A program made the translations under genes and the position numbers. A stretch of DNA of 64,000 bases from the NCBI GenBank assembly GCA_963801605.1, contig CAWDFP010000006.1:512001-576000 (forward strand), read 5' to 3'. The stretch is from an uncultured candidate division Zixibacteria bacterium (lineage in GTDB: Bacteria; Zixibacteria; MSB-5A5; UBA10806). Shown here piece after piece: positions 52,107 through 63,246 of the stretch (its first letter is position 1; each line of letters opens with the position of its first letter). The notes below the pieces were generated by a model. The model searched no databases. It was not told the origin of the DNA and worked only from the letters and a program-made list of their open reading frames with translations.

Positions 52107-53441
52107 ATGTATAAAGCATTGATTACCTGTATTCTGCTATTAAGCGTTCCCGCCTTAGGGCAGCTACCCGGTGATTTGACATGTAATGGTGTCAGTTACG
52201 AGATCGCGGATGCGGTCGAGATGCTCAATGTGCTGCTTTCTGGCTGCTCGCTCGATAGCATTGGCGCTTGTACTCTTCGAAATGGCGGGATTGACGACTC
52301 AAATTCGACGACGATATTTGATTGGTGGACAAGCAATTATGAAAATTTTATTAGACGTTTGGGTTTATATTGCGTGGCGGGAGTTGACCCGCAAGGCCAC
52401 AACGGTTTACAGCACGGCAATCCATGGTCTACTGGTAATTGGGGTTTTAGGTTTCATGTTGTAGGGACCTATCAAAACACTTTTTATGATGCTGTTTTTA
52501 ATGAAAGAGGCGATAAAGATAGCGATTATGGTAGATGGTTCCAATATTATTATACTTGGAGAGAACAGCACGTCGAGCCGCCCATTGACCCTCCTGCTTA
52601 TTATTCTTTTAGTGCAGGAAAAAATCCGGGTACAATATTTAAATATAATAATCAACAAGACAATGAACATCGTTTTTGCCACCTTACTCCGTGCTTTAGA
52701 TTATTAGAGGATCAGAACAACAATGCATCATCCCCCATAATTAGCAGAATAAATTATAAAGTTGAACATGGAAGCGAAGATAGTATTCAACCGTGGGACA
52801 CCCTTTATAATAAGGGCATTTCCATGTTCATAGATACTCTGTGCGGCCGATACTATATGGATTTATATGTTCCGCAAATAGGGCAACATGGCAGGACGAT
52901 TAACAAAAAGGCTGCCGGCGATTATCTTAGTCCTCCCTGGTTTTATGAATATGAAAGCCCTCCGCTTCCCCTTGGGCAGCCTGAAAATGAATATCTTAGT
53001 AGCTCTTTGTCCGGAATTCTAACAAAATCATTTTGGAATCCGGAGGTATTGGATTATTTACAGCAATATAAAAATATTTTAAACGACACCACAAGAAACG
53101 AATTCTATGGTAGGGTGGCCATAAACGGCAAAAAATTCGTTTTCGGGGGCTGGATTGGCAAACTGACAGTTACGGGTGTTTATGACGACTATAGCGATGT
53201 TAGCGAATTTATTAATAAGGCTAAATCCTATTTTCGATTACCCGATATTAATCCTCGTAATGTTCAAGTTGTAATTTCTGAATCCGGTGGGGAATTCTTT
53301 TATTCCTTCCTGGATCGCAAAAATAAGTTTTGGCTGCGGGGTTACAAAATTAACTTAAATAATCCCATCGACCATTCTATTTATAAAAAAAGGAACGTAA
53401 TAGAACTCCTAAAATATTACGCGGAGGACTTTGTGCCATGA
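52107..53441 (+). CDS. Secreted protein with N-terminal dockerin-like repeat and unknown C-terminal domain
   Basis: SD GGAGGTG; signal peptide; GDLTCNGVSYEIADAV and degenerate second repeat GGIDDSNSTTIFDW. Confidence 0.7.
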   Translation: MYKALITCILLLSVPALGQLPGDLTCNGVSYEIADAVEMLNVLLSGCSLDSIGACTLRNGGIDDSNSTTIFDWWTSNYENFIRRLGLYCVAGVDPQGHNGLQHGNPWSTGNWGFRFHVVGTYQNTFYDAVFNERGDKDSDYGRWFQYYYTWREQHVEPPIDPPAYYSFSAGKNPGTIFKYNNQQDNEHRFCHLTPCFRLLEDQNNNASSPIISRINYKVEHGSEDSIQPWDTLYNKGISMFIDTLCGRYYMDLYVPQIGQHGRTINKKAAGDYLSPPWFYEYESPPLPLGQPENEYLSSSLSGILTKSFWNPEVLDYLQQYKNILNDTTRNEFYGRVAINGKKFVFGGWIGKLTVTGVYDDYSDVSEFINKAKSYFRLPDINPRNVQVVISESGGEFFYSFLDRKNKFWLRGYKINLNNPIDHSIYKKRNVIELLKYYAEDFVP

Positions 53442-54178
53442 GATATATAGCAACGATCATATTAGCATTGGGCCTCGCCGCCTCAGTCTCGGCTGAACGA
53501 TTTGTCTATTGGGAATACCCCAATATAAGTATTCCGCCCTCAGATTCAATTGGAGTCTTCGATACTCTTTCAATCCCAGACAATTTGGTAATCGAGGACC
53601 TCAATGTTTATTTGGGAATTCCGACTCATGGATGGGCCTGTCTTCTCAGGTTGTCGCTCATATCTCCCTGGCAGACGACTGTTTATATGGACAACCTGAA
53701 TAATGACAGGTATTATCTCAATGTCTGGTTTGACACTCAAGACATAGAAGATGGCCCCGGTCAATTGGAGGATTTCAATGGATTCAACTCGGCCGGCCAA
53801 TGGATATTGCATGGCGCCCAGCCCTATGGTCAATCTGCATCTTATCCAATTCAATCCTGGGCAATTGAGGTTATAGGGCAAGCGGAAGGGGTTGAAGATA
53901 ACGACAATATGCCCCATGTATTCGGTATCATTTCCAATTACCCGAATCCTTTTAATGATAAGATAACGATTCAGTTTGCGCTGACCGAACCGGGGTTTAC
54001 CTCAATCGATATTTATGATATTCAAGGAAGCAGGGTGTCAACTCTGCTTAACACAGAATTAGAACCGGCAATCCATACGGTTGCATGGGATGCTCGGGGG
54101 CTGGCCTCCGGCGTATATCATTACGTGCTCAAATCCTCCGGAAAAAGCGCTTCCGGGCGCGTGACGCTTCTGAAATAG
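53438..54178 (+). CDS. Secreted protein: proprotein-convertase P-like domain plus FlgD-Ig/T9SS-type C-terminal domain
   Basis: IEDLNVYLGIPTH..LISP..LEDFNGFNSAGQW; NYPNPFN..IYDIQG..LASGVY..LLK. Confidence 0.85.
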   Translation: MRYIATIILALGLAASVSAERFVYWEYPNISIPPSDSIGVFDTLSIPDNLVIEDLNVYLGIPTHGWACLLRLSLISPWQTTVYMDNLNNDRYYLNVWFDTQDIEDGPGQLEDFNGFNSAGQWILHGAQPYGQSASYPIQSWAIEVIGQAEGVEDNDNMPHVFGIISNYPNPFNDKITIQFALTEPGFTSIDIYDIQGSRVSTLLNTELEPAIHTVAWDARGLASGVYHYVLKSSGKSASGRVTLLK

Positions 54179-54352
54179 AGGCCATAAGTCCCGCCCATTT
54201 TGAAGATATGGTGTAAATACTGTTTTGCCAGCCCATTAATTGTTTTGTACATCAAGTATATTTTATAGTGGCTCGTCCGCTTGAAAGCCGATATCGGTCA
54301 TTCCCCCAATCGGCGCTTGATTTTCATCTAAAATTTGTTTACTTATAAAACT

Positions 54353-57014
54353 ATGAAATCAAACGAAATCAGAACCTCATTTCTAAACTATTTTGCCAAA
54401 CGGGATCATAAGGTCGTGCCGTCATCGGCCCTTATTCCCCAAAATGACCCCACGCTGCTTTTCACCAACGCCGGGATGAATCAGTTCAAAAACGTATTCC
54501 TGGGCCTGGAAAAGCGCGACTATAAAAGGGCGACATCATCCCAGAAGTGTCTTCGCGCCGGCGGCAAGCATAACGATCTGGAAAATGTCGGTTTTACGGC
54601 CCGGCATCACACCTTCTTTGAGATGCTGGGAAATTTTTCGTTCGGCGATTACTTCAAGGCCGAGGCTATAGCCTATGCCTGGGAATATGTCACCAAGGAT
54701 TTGGGACTGGACCCCAAAAGGCTGTACGCCACAGTCTTTACCGATGATGATGACGCCGAGCGTCTCTGGAAAAAGATTGCGCCGGAGTTAGGAGATCGCG
54801 TTCTGCGCTTTGGCGAGCACGATAATTTCTGGTCGATGGGTGAAACCGGCCCCTGCGGCCCCTGCTCGGAGATCCATTACGACCGCGGCGAAAAGCATTC
54901 CGGTGAATTGAACGGCGAGGGCGACCGCTTTATGGAAGTCTGGAATTTAGTTTTCATGCAATATAACCGCGATGAAAACAAGGTTCTGACGCCGCTTCCC
55001 AAACCATCAGTTGATACCGGCGCGGGTTTGGAACGTTTCTGCATGGTCTTGCAGAATGCGGAAACCAACTATGATACCGACCTATTCATGCCGCTGATTA
55101 ATAAGGTGGTCGAGCTTTCGTCCAAAGAATATTCGGATGGTCCCGAAGGTGTCTCGCATCGGGTGATTTCGGATCATGTGCGGGCGCTGGCATTTGCTAT
55201 TGCCGATGGCGCCACTATCTCCAACGAAGGGCGCGGTTATGTGTTGCGTCGAATTCTTCGCCGGGCGGCCCGTCATGGAAGGCTGTTAGGGTTGCACGAA
55301 CCGTTCATTTATAAGATTGTCGATCCTTTAGCCGCGGTCATGGGCGGACATTTTACAGAGCTTGTGGCCAAGCGTTCGCATATCGAGCTTGTTATTAAAT
55401 CGGAAGAGGAGCAATTTGGCAGAGCGCTCGATACGGGCCTTGAAATATTTGAGGATATAGTCAGGCAGGCTGAAATCATCGGCCGCCAGACTGATTCCCG
55501 GCAGCGAAGTATTTAAGCTTTACGATACCTACGGCTTTCCGCTGGATCTCACCGAGATCATGGCCAAAGAGCGCGGCCTGGAGATCGATTTAAAGGGTTT
55601 CGAGCATGAGCTAGAGAAACAGCGTGAGAGATCTCGGCAAGAGTCGTCATTTCGTGAGATGCTAGTCGGTGGACCTATAGATATCAAGAGTCCTGCCGGA
55701 ATACAATATTTGAGGTTACGACAAATCGAATCGCATTCGAGTACCAAAGTAGAAAATATCCAGTGACTCCAGATGAAAGCAATATATAGTTATTAAAAGA
55801 AACTCCTTTCTATGCCGAATCAGGCGGACAGGTCGGCGATACCGGCCTAAGTTAACAGGCTCTGAATTCGAATTCGCAGTCGAGGATACTCAGAAAGTCA
55901 GTGATGACCATCATTCATATCGGAAACACTGATAAAGGCGAAATTGCCCAGAGCATAACTTAGGCAGTGTTACGGCAATGCCGAGATCAATCCGAACGTC
56001 GCGCGAGATATCCGTCGCAACCATACCGCCACCCATCTACTCCATCGGGCGCTGCGGATGGTGCTGGGCGAGCATGTTCATCAGGCGGGTTCGTTGGTTG
56101 CCCCGGACAGATTTCGTTTTGATTTCACCCACTTTAAGGGGATGACGCCGGAGGAACTCAATGAGGTTGAAAGGATCGTTGTTGAGAAAATTGCCGATGA
56201 TCTTAAGGTCAGCATCCTTGCCGATGTACCTATAGATGAAGCTCGCAAGATGGGCGCGATGGCGCTATTCGGTGAAAAATATGGTGACAAAGTCCGCGTG
56301 GTTGTTACGGGAGATCAACCCAACGCGTTTTCGCTCGAGCTTTGCGGTGGAACTCATGTTACGCATACCGGCGATATCGGCCAATTCTTTATCACACAAG
56401 AAACGGCAATAGCGGCAGGCATGAGGCGTATCGAGGCTATCTCAGGCACTGAGGCCAAAAGGTTTTTCGAGGAGCAAAACAAAATTATCTTACAGATAAA
56501 GAGCTATCTTGAGAAAGACTCACGGAAACTGACGGAGACCGAAATATCTGATTTTAAGGCGCTGGCCAGCACAGCCCATCGGCGCATTCTTCAAAAAGAA
56601 GAATTGCTGGCAAAGATTGACGAATTCCAAAGCGTCTATGAGAAAAATCAGCGCCAGCTTGAACGAGAGGCCAAAGGAAAACTTGCCCGGGAAGCCACGG
56701 CGGTTGAGCCTCGGGCCGATATTTCGGCCGGAAAGATTCTCATCTTTACAATTCCGGCTGCAGATGCTAAAGAACTGATGGTTTACTCCGACAGCCTCAA
56801 GAAAACTTACCCGGAATCGAGCGTCGTAACGATTTCCGAGGTTAACGGGGCGTTGGCCGTTACATCTCCCGAGCCTGCGAGGGGGCAGGAAGTGTTCAAG
56901 GAGTTAGTGGCGGTGTCCGGCGGACGCGGCGGCGGCCAGGGCACTATTCGCGGCACCATGCCCGTTGAAAAAATCGAGGCTGTTATCGAGGCCCTTAAAA
57001 GAAAGTTTGGCTAA
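54353..57014 (+). CDS. alaS: Alanine--tRNA ligase (multiple apparent frameshifts 55470-56000)
   Basis: [51 protein letters not shown] and ELCGGTH. Confidence 0.96.
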
Positions 57015-57018
57015 AGGA

Positions 57019-57777
57019 ATGTCATCGACCTACCAGAAGCTCGTTACCATCAAAAAGGGACGGCAGTGCGGTTTTTTGGTGCTGCTTGATCCGGATCGGA
57101 AATCCCCGCAGGTTTTAGCGCGCTTTGCCAAAAAAATGGAAGCGGCAGGAGCTGATGCCTTTCTGATAGGTTCTTCGATCATGGTTTCAACCTCTTTCGA
57201 GCGCGCCGTGCGGGCAGTGAAGAAAGCGGTGAAGGTGCCGCTCATCATTTTTCCTAACGGATCGGGGATGCTCTCCAGAGCCGCGGACGCCGTGTTGTTT
57301 ACATCGCTAATTTCCGGACGGAACCCCAATCTCCTGATCGACGAGCAAGTCAAGGCGGCCCCAGCCATAAAGGCTCTTGGGCTGGAACCGATACCCACGG
57401 CGTATATAATAATCGAATCGGGCAATTTGACATCGGTTTGTTACATCTCCAACACCATGCCTATTCCGCGCGATAAACCCGAGATTGTCAAAGCTCACGC
57501 ATTAGCGGGCGAATATTTGGGAATGAAGTTGGTTTATCTTGAGGCCGGTTCGGGCGCGTCAATGCCGGTTCCGCCGGAAACCGTTCGCCAGGTTGGAAAG
57601 TATATAACACTTCCGATAATTGTTGGCGGCGGTATCACAGACCCATCGTACGCCAGAAAGATCGCCCTGGCAGGAGCATCGTTTATCGTGGTGGGAAATG
57701 TTTTAGAAAAAGATTCAACGGGAGAGCTGGCTAAATCTTTTGCGGATGCGATTCACTCTAACGGTTTTCATAAATAG
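57019..57777 (+). CDS. Geranylgeranylglyceryl phosphate synthase family, group II
   Basis: VLLDPD, SLISGRNP, YLEAGSGA, IVGGGI and IVVGN. Confidence 0.92.
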   Translation: MSSTYQKLVTIKKGRQCGFLVLLDPDRKSPQVLARFAKKMEAAGADAFLIGSSIMVSTSFERAVRAVKKAVKVPLIIFPNGSGMLSRAADAVLFTSLISGRNPNLLIDEQVKAAPAIKALGLEPIPTAYIIIESGNLTSVCYISNTMPIPRDKPEIVKAHALAGEYLGMKLVYLEAGSGASMPVPPETVRQVGKYITLPIIVGGGITDPSYARKIALAGASFIVVGNVLEKDSTGELAKSFADAIHSNGFHK

Positions 57778-57781
57778 TGCT

Positions 57782-58360
57782 ATGGATCAAGAACAAATAA
57801 AAAAAGCGCTTATAAGCTCGGCGGAACTCAAAACTCGAATGGCCGAGACTATGGCCAGCCAAATCGGAACGACGGCAGAGAAACTTGCCAGTACGATTCG
57901 AAACGGCGGCAAAGCAATCTTTTGCGGCAACGGCGGATCGGCGGCCGATAGCCAGCATCTGGCAACGGAGCTGGTAGTCCGTTTGAGCAGCAAGAATAAC
58001 CGTCGAGCACTTCCGGCAATTTCGCTGACCACCAACAGCTCCATTCTGACTGCCTGCGCTAATGATTACGGATTTGATGAAATTTTCTCACGTCAGGTAG
58101 AGGCATTGGGAAATAAAGGCGATATCCTGTTTGCCATTTCGACTTCGGGCAATTCCAAAAATATTATAAGAGCAGTTGAAGCGTCCAAGAAAATCGGGAT
58201 CGTTACGATTGGCTTCCTGGGCTGTGGCGGCGGCAAGCTCTCCGGCTTAGTTGATTTTCCGCTTGTAATTCCCTCCGATGATGCCCAGCGTGTCCAGGAG
58301 GCTCATATAACCATAGGGCATATAATAATTGGCATGGCGGAAACAGAACTCATAAAATGA
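57782..58360 (+). CDS. gmhA: D-sedoheptulose-7-phosphate isomerase
   Basis: CGNGGSAADSQH, ANDYGF, ISTSGNS and RVQEAH. Confidence 0.95.
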   Translation: MDQEQIKKALISSAELKTRMAETMASQIGTTAEKLASTIRNGGKAIFCGNGGSAADSQHLATELVVRLSSKNNRRALPAISLTTNSSILTACANDYGFDEIFSRQVEALGNKGDILFAISTSGNSKNIIRAVEASKKIGIVTIGFLGCGGGKLSGLVDFPLVIPSDDAQRVQEAHITIGHIIIGMAETELIK

Positions 58361-59798
58361 TCATATTAAACTCACTCGCCAGAAAATCAATTTGGATGAT
58401 AGGTGTCCAGATAATTAATAAGGTCCTGTCTTTTTTTTTGCCCTGTATGCTGCCAGAATGTTGGGGGTTGAGGGTTTCGGCCAGTATGGATTTGCAGTGG
58501 CGGTGGTGGGGTTCTTTAATGTCATCTCTGATTTCGGCCTGAGCCAAATTCAAATTCGCGAAACCTCCATACACAAATCAAACGATCTTCCAGCGCGCTA
58601 TATAAGCTCGTCACTGCTTGCCAGGACATATTTGGGATTAATATCATTTATAATAATTGTAGTTATTGCGCTATTCTCAAACAAGCCGATGGACGTTAAA
58701 CTGTTTTTATGTTTTTTGGGAATAAGCATGTTTGTTACTAATCTCTTTGGCTCATATTCAGCGGTATTGATTGGATTGGAACGATTCTCAACATTTGGAA
58801 TTATTTCGACTGTTTACGTCTTCACCTATTCAGGACTTGCGATCCTGTCTCTTTTTTGGGGATTTGGCTTGATTGGCATAGGAATAAGCCAGATGGTTGT
58901 GGCGATTGGAGTCACACTGATAGGGGCAGTTTATATTTCCTCGAAGATAATCAAGGCTCAAGGGAGGCCGAGGCTAATCGAAGGAATAAATATTTTTAAG
59001 CTGGCAGCTCCACTGGGCATAACCGCTATACTGACCAATATCTATCATAGAACCGATTTTGTGCTTTTATCATATATTAAAGGTGATCAGGAGGTTGGCT
59101 ACTATAATGCCGCCTCGACTTTGATAAACAGTTTACTGCTGTTTGCCACGACTTTTTCCAGTACTCTTTTGCCGCGTCTTTCGGCGCTTTTTGCCGCGGA
59201 TTTCGAAATATTGGGAAAGCTTTATCGGACAGCATTTAAGTATTTATTGTTTGTGGGAGTTGGCAGCGCCATAGGCGCGACGATTTTGGCTGAACCGATT
59301 ATCAAATTTCTTTTTGGCGATAAGTATTTACCAGCCGCTCCGGCGTTGGCCATTCTTATCTGGGCGTCGGCATTGATGTTTGTAAATTCCCTCCAGGGCT
59401 CGCTTTTGGTGGCGTCAAACATGAAAAAACAATTGGTACAAATGACGGGAGCGGCCGCGATTGTTAATATTATTTTAAACATAATTTTCATTCCAGCTTA
59501 CGGCATAAAGGGAGCCGCCAGCGCAGTAGTAATTTCGGAACTTATCGCCGGCGGCTGGTCGTATATTCTCCTTAAAAGACATAATCCAACCACTCATATT
59601 CTATTTCTTATATTAAAGGCAATGGCAGCGTCGGCAGTAATGGCCTTGGTCGTGTTAGGATTCCCGTCATTTCAAATCCTGATTCGCATTAGCCTCGGTA
59701 TTGTTGCCTATGGGGCAAGCCTGATTGCGATTAAAGGCTTTAGCGGTGCCGACATGAAAGTTGTTCGCGATATTTTGGGGATTAAGGCGACAAGCTAA
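58357..59798 (+). CDS. Wzx-type polysaccharide flippase (apparent frameshift at T-tract near 58435)
   Basis: LGVEGFGQY..SDFGL, VGYYNAA and IPAYGIKGAASA; many TM segments. Confidence 0.9.
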
Positions 59799-59872
59799 CG
59801 GAAAATGATCCCGATAAAAGCCAATGCGAAATATAATTATGAAAACCGAATCCGTGCAATCCGCATAATAAA

Positions 59873-61022
59873 ATGAAAATTGGAATCGACATAAGGCCGC
59901 TTAATGATCGAAAAACAGGTATTGGAAGATATCTCGACGAGCTAATTGATGCGCTTTTGGCAATCGACACAGAAAATGAGTATATATTTTTTTATAATGC
60001 GCTTAAAGGGGCAATCCCTAATAAGGATTTTAATCGAGGAGAAGTCGTTTCAAGCAGATGGCCAAATAAATTGCTTACGCGTCTCTGGTCCTCAACATCA
60101 TTTCCCTCCATTGAAAGTCTCGTTGGCGAAATCGATGTTTTCCATGGACCAAGTTTTCAGATGGCCCCGACGAGAAGGGCTTCGAAGGTCCTCACCATAC
60201 ACGATCTGGTATTTCTCGTCCAACCGGAATTGGCGGCGCCGAAAGCAGTGCAAGAATTTTTGCCGCACATCAAGCGATTTGCACGAAGGGCAGACATAAT
60301 CGTCGCCGATTCCCAAGCCACAGCCAAAGATATCACTTACCACCTGGGAGTGCCCGCCGAAAAAATTGCAGTAGTCTATCCGGGTACCACTATAATCTCA
60401 AGGGCGAGCAATGATGCAATCCGGGACGTAAAGAAGAGATATGGTATCGACGGGGATTTTATTCTATTTGTAGGCACTTTAGAACCCAGAAAAAATCTTT
60501 CACGGCTTTTTAAGGCGTTTAACCTTTCGGGGCTTAACCGCGAATATTCGTTAGTTCTGGCAGGGCCTAAGGGATGGCGTACCGAGGAAATCGAAAACAC
60601 CTGGCATTCACTTACCTTGCCGCGACAAAATTCTCTGGGTCGATTATTTAAGCGAGGAGAATCTGGCGGCACTATATTCATCAACGACCTGTCTGGCCTT
60701 TCCGTCGCTTCTGGAGGGATTTGGATTACCCATTTTAGAGGCAATGTCAATTGAGTGCCCGGTATTGACATCAAATGTGTCATCGATGCCTGAGGTGGGC
60801 GGCGATGCAGCTCTTTATGTTGATCCCTCATCAATGGAGTCTATTTCGGACGGTTTGAAGAAAATCGTTGGCGATACCGCTTTGCGTAAGAAGCTTGTCG
60901 GGCTGGGCCTGGAAAGGGTATCTCATTTTGAGTGGCAGAATACGGCACGAGAGATGATTGAAGTCTATAAACGGGCATTCGAGTTACGCCAACGCGAAGA
61001 CTCGCAATTGGGTAGAAAATGA
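59873..61022 (+). CDS. Glycosyltransferase family 4 (apparent frameshifts near 60620-60650)
   Basis: TGIGRY, TIHDL, GTLEPRKN; EGFGLPILEAM in another frame. Confidence 0.9.
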
Positions 61023-62164
61023 AAATTGCAATCGATATACGGCCGCTTCGCGACGTCATGACGGGCATTGGGCGATATCTCTATAAACTTGTTGACGCCC
61101 TAAGCGAGCAAGACAAACATAATGAATATCTTCTATTCTGGTCAAATCTAACAATTCCGCCCCCGAAGAGCCTCCCCAAGACAAAGAATATGCGAGTTAT
61201 ATCTTATCGTATTCCCGGAAAGGCAATTACCGCTCTTTGGGCATATACGAGCTTTCCCCAAATCGAAACATTCACCGGCCCTATTGATGTTTTCCATGCG
61301 CCCTGTTTTCAGGTACCTCCGGCCGGAAGAGCGGCCAGGGTTTTTACAATCCACGATCTAATACCAATAACCAATCCGGAATTGGCGATCCCGTCATCGG
61401 TGCGTCATTTCAGGCCAAGGGCAAAGCACTATGCTAAAAGGGCAGATATTATTGTGGCGATCTCGAAAGCAACGGCAAGGGATATTATTAATTACCTGGA
61501 TGTGCCCGAAGAGAAAATCAGCGTAATTTATCAAGGCACTACGTTTCTACCCAAGCCATCAGGGGTGAAAATGGCCGAGGTGCGAAAAAAGTACGCTCTT
61601 AGCCCAAACTATATTTTGTTTGTGAGTCGTCTTGATCCCAGGAAAAACATTGCGCGACTTTTGAAAGCGTTTGAAATCTCGGGGCTGTCAAGCGATTGGG
61701 AATTGGTAATTGCCGGTCCAAAGGGATGGCGTATGGAGGAAACTAACCGAATATGGAATTCGCTGACCTGCAAGAGTCAAATTCGCCGGCTCAATTATAT
61801 CGAAGATGAAGAGCTATCGGCGCTGTATGGAGGGGCCGCATTCTTAGCATTCCCGTCATTAATGGAGGGATTCGGGCTCCCTATTTTGGAAGCAATGTCG
61901 GTAGGTTGCCCGGTGCTGACGTCTAATGTTTCTTCTATGCCGGAAGTTGGCGGAGGGGCGGCCTTATATGTCGATCCCTTCTCTGTGGAATCGATTTCAG
62001 CCGGATTGATAAAATTGGCAAACGATAGCGCGCTTCGATCAAAATTGTCTCAATTAGGATATCATCAAGCTGCGAAATTTACCTGGGACAAGACAGCTTC
62101 TCAGATGATTGAAGTCTATAAAAAGGCATTCGATATAGTCTCTGCCAGAAGGCATAAAAGATGA
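61019..62164 (+). CDS. Glycosyltransferase family 4
   Basis: PSLMEGFGLPILEAMSVG; paralog of the preceding gene. Confidence 0.93.
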   Translation: MKIAIDIRPLRDVMTGIGRYLYKLVDALSEQDKHNEYLLFWSNLTIPPPKSLPKTKNMRVISYRIPGKAITALWAYTSFPQIETFTGPIDVFHAPCFQVPPAGRAARVFTIHDLIPITNPELAIPSSVRHFRPRAKHYAKRADIIVAISKATARDIINYLDVPEEKISVIYQGTTFLPKPSGVKMAEVRKKYALSPNYILFVSRLDPRKNIARLLKAFEISGLSSDWELVIAGPKGWRMEETNRIWNSLTCKSQIRRLNYIEDEELSALYGGAAFLAFPSLMEGFGLPILEAMSVGCPVLTSNVSSMPEVGGGAALYVDPFSVESISAGLIKLANDSALRSKLSQLGYHQAAKFTWDKTASQMIEVYKKAFDIVSARRHKR

Positions 62165-63246
62165 AAATCGCAATTGATTGCCGTAAAATTCACGATGGCG
62201 GTATTGGTACTTACCTGCGAAATCTTCTGGTGAACTGGAGGGAACAGCAGGTCCCGGCCAGCTTTTTTCTTTTCCATCTCTCCAAAGATAGCGATTATTT
62301 CCGTAAATTCGGTAATATTGCCGAGCCGATACCGCACGATATTTCCAAATATTCGATCTCCGAGCTGTTTTCGTTTTCGGGGCCGCTAAAAAAAATCGGA
62401 GCTACCCTGTTTTTTACGCCGCACTATACACTTCCCTATCGCCTTCCCTGCCCGGCCGTAACCACAATTCACGATCTCATCCATCTAAAATTTCGAAATA
62501 AGGGTGGTTTTGTCGGAAAAGCCTATGCCAAGCAACTCATTTCGCACGCTTGTCGGGTTTCCGGCGCAATATTAACGGACTCCGAAAACACATCACGCGA
62601 TATTGCGGCAACCTTTCCGGGTTGGGCGCATAAAATTCGTGTGGTATATCCAGGCGTAGATTTGAGAGTTTTTAAGCCCCGCTCTTCAATTGAGGTCGAG
62701 GCCTTCAAAAAAGAAAAATTACTTCCCGAAAAATTTGTACTTTATGTCGGGGCCTTAAAGCCTCATAAAAATCCCGGGGCACTTGTTGAGATTGTAAACA
62801 AATTGAAAGTGCCGGTAGTTATTGCCACGCAGGATTTACAAATTTATCAAAATAATATTCTAAATAAGATAGAAAATCAAAAGTTGGTACAAATGATAAT
62901 CGTTAAGGATGACCGGGAGATGGCTTTGCTATATAATGCGGCGACCCTCCTGGTGCATCCCGCTTTTTACGAGGGTTTTGGTTTGCCGCCGTTGGAAGCG
63001 ATGGGTTCGGGCTTGCCGGTGGTATGTTCGAACGCGGCCTCGTTACCTGAAGTTGTGGGAAATGCCGCATTGCTTTTTGATCCGAACGACCCTTCGGGAA
63101 TGATCGAGAATGTAAATCTTTTATGGCGCGATACCGCTCTTCAGGATATATTGAAAGCTAAAGGGGCTGAAAAAGCGCGCACTTTTAGCTGGGAAAAGGC
63201 CGCCAGCCGCGTTTTTGAAATTTTTTGCGAGGTAAGCAGAAGTTGA
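62161..63246 (+). CDS. Glycosyltransferase family 4
   Basis: GGIGTY, KPHKN and YEGFGLPPLEAM. Confidence 0.93.
   Translation: MKIAIDCRKIHDGGIGTYLRNLLVNWREQQVPASFFLFHLSKDSDYFRKFGNIAEPIPHDISKYSISELFSFSGPLKKIGATLFFTPHYTLPYRLPCPAVTTIHDLIHLKFRNKGGFVGKAYAKQLISHACRVSGAILTDSENTSRDIAATFPGWAHKIRVVYPGVDLRVFKPRSSIEVEAFKKEKLLPEKFVLYVGALKPHKNPGALVEIVNKLKVPVVIATQDLQIYQNNILNKIENQKLVQMIIVKDDREMALLYNAATLLVHPAFYEGFGLPPLEAMGSGLPVVCSNAASLPEVVGNAALLFDPNDPSGMIENVNLLWRDTALQDILKAKGAEKARTFSWEKAASRVFEIFCEVSRS

Noticed and set aside
51924..54198. TGGGCGGGGATTTA / TAAGTCCCGCCCA as terminal inverted repeats around the secreted-protein pair
   Set aside because: Short and imperfect, with no transposase or target-site duplication seen
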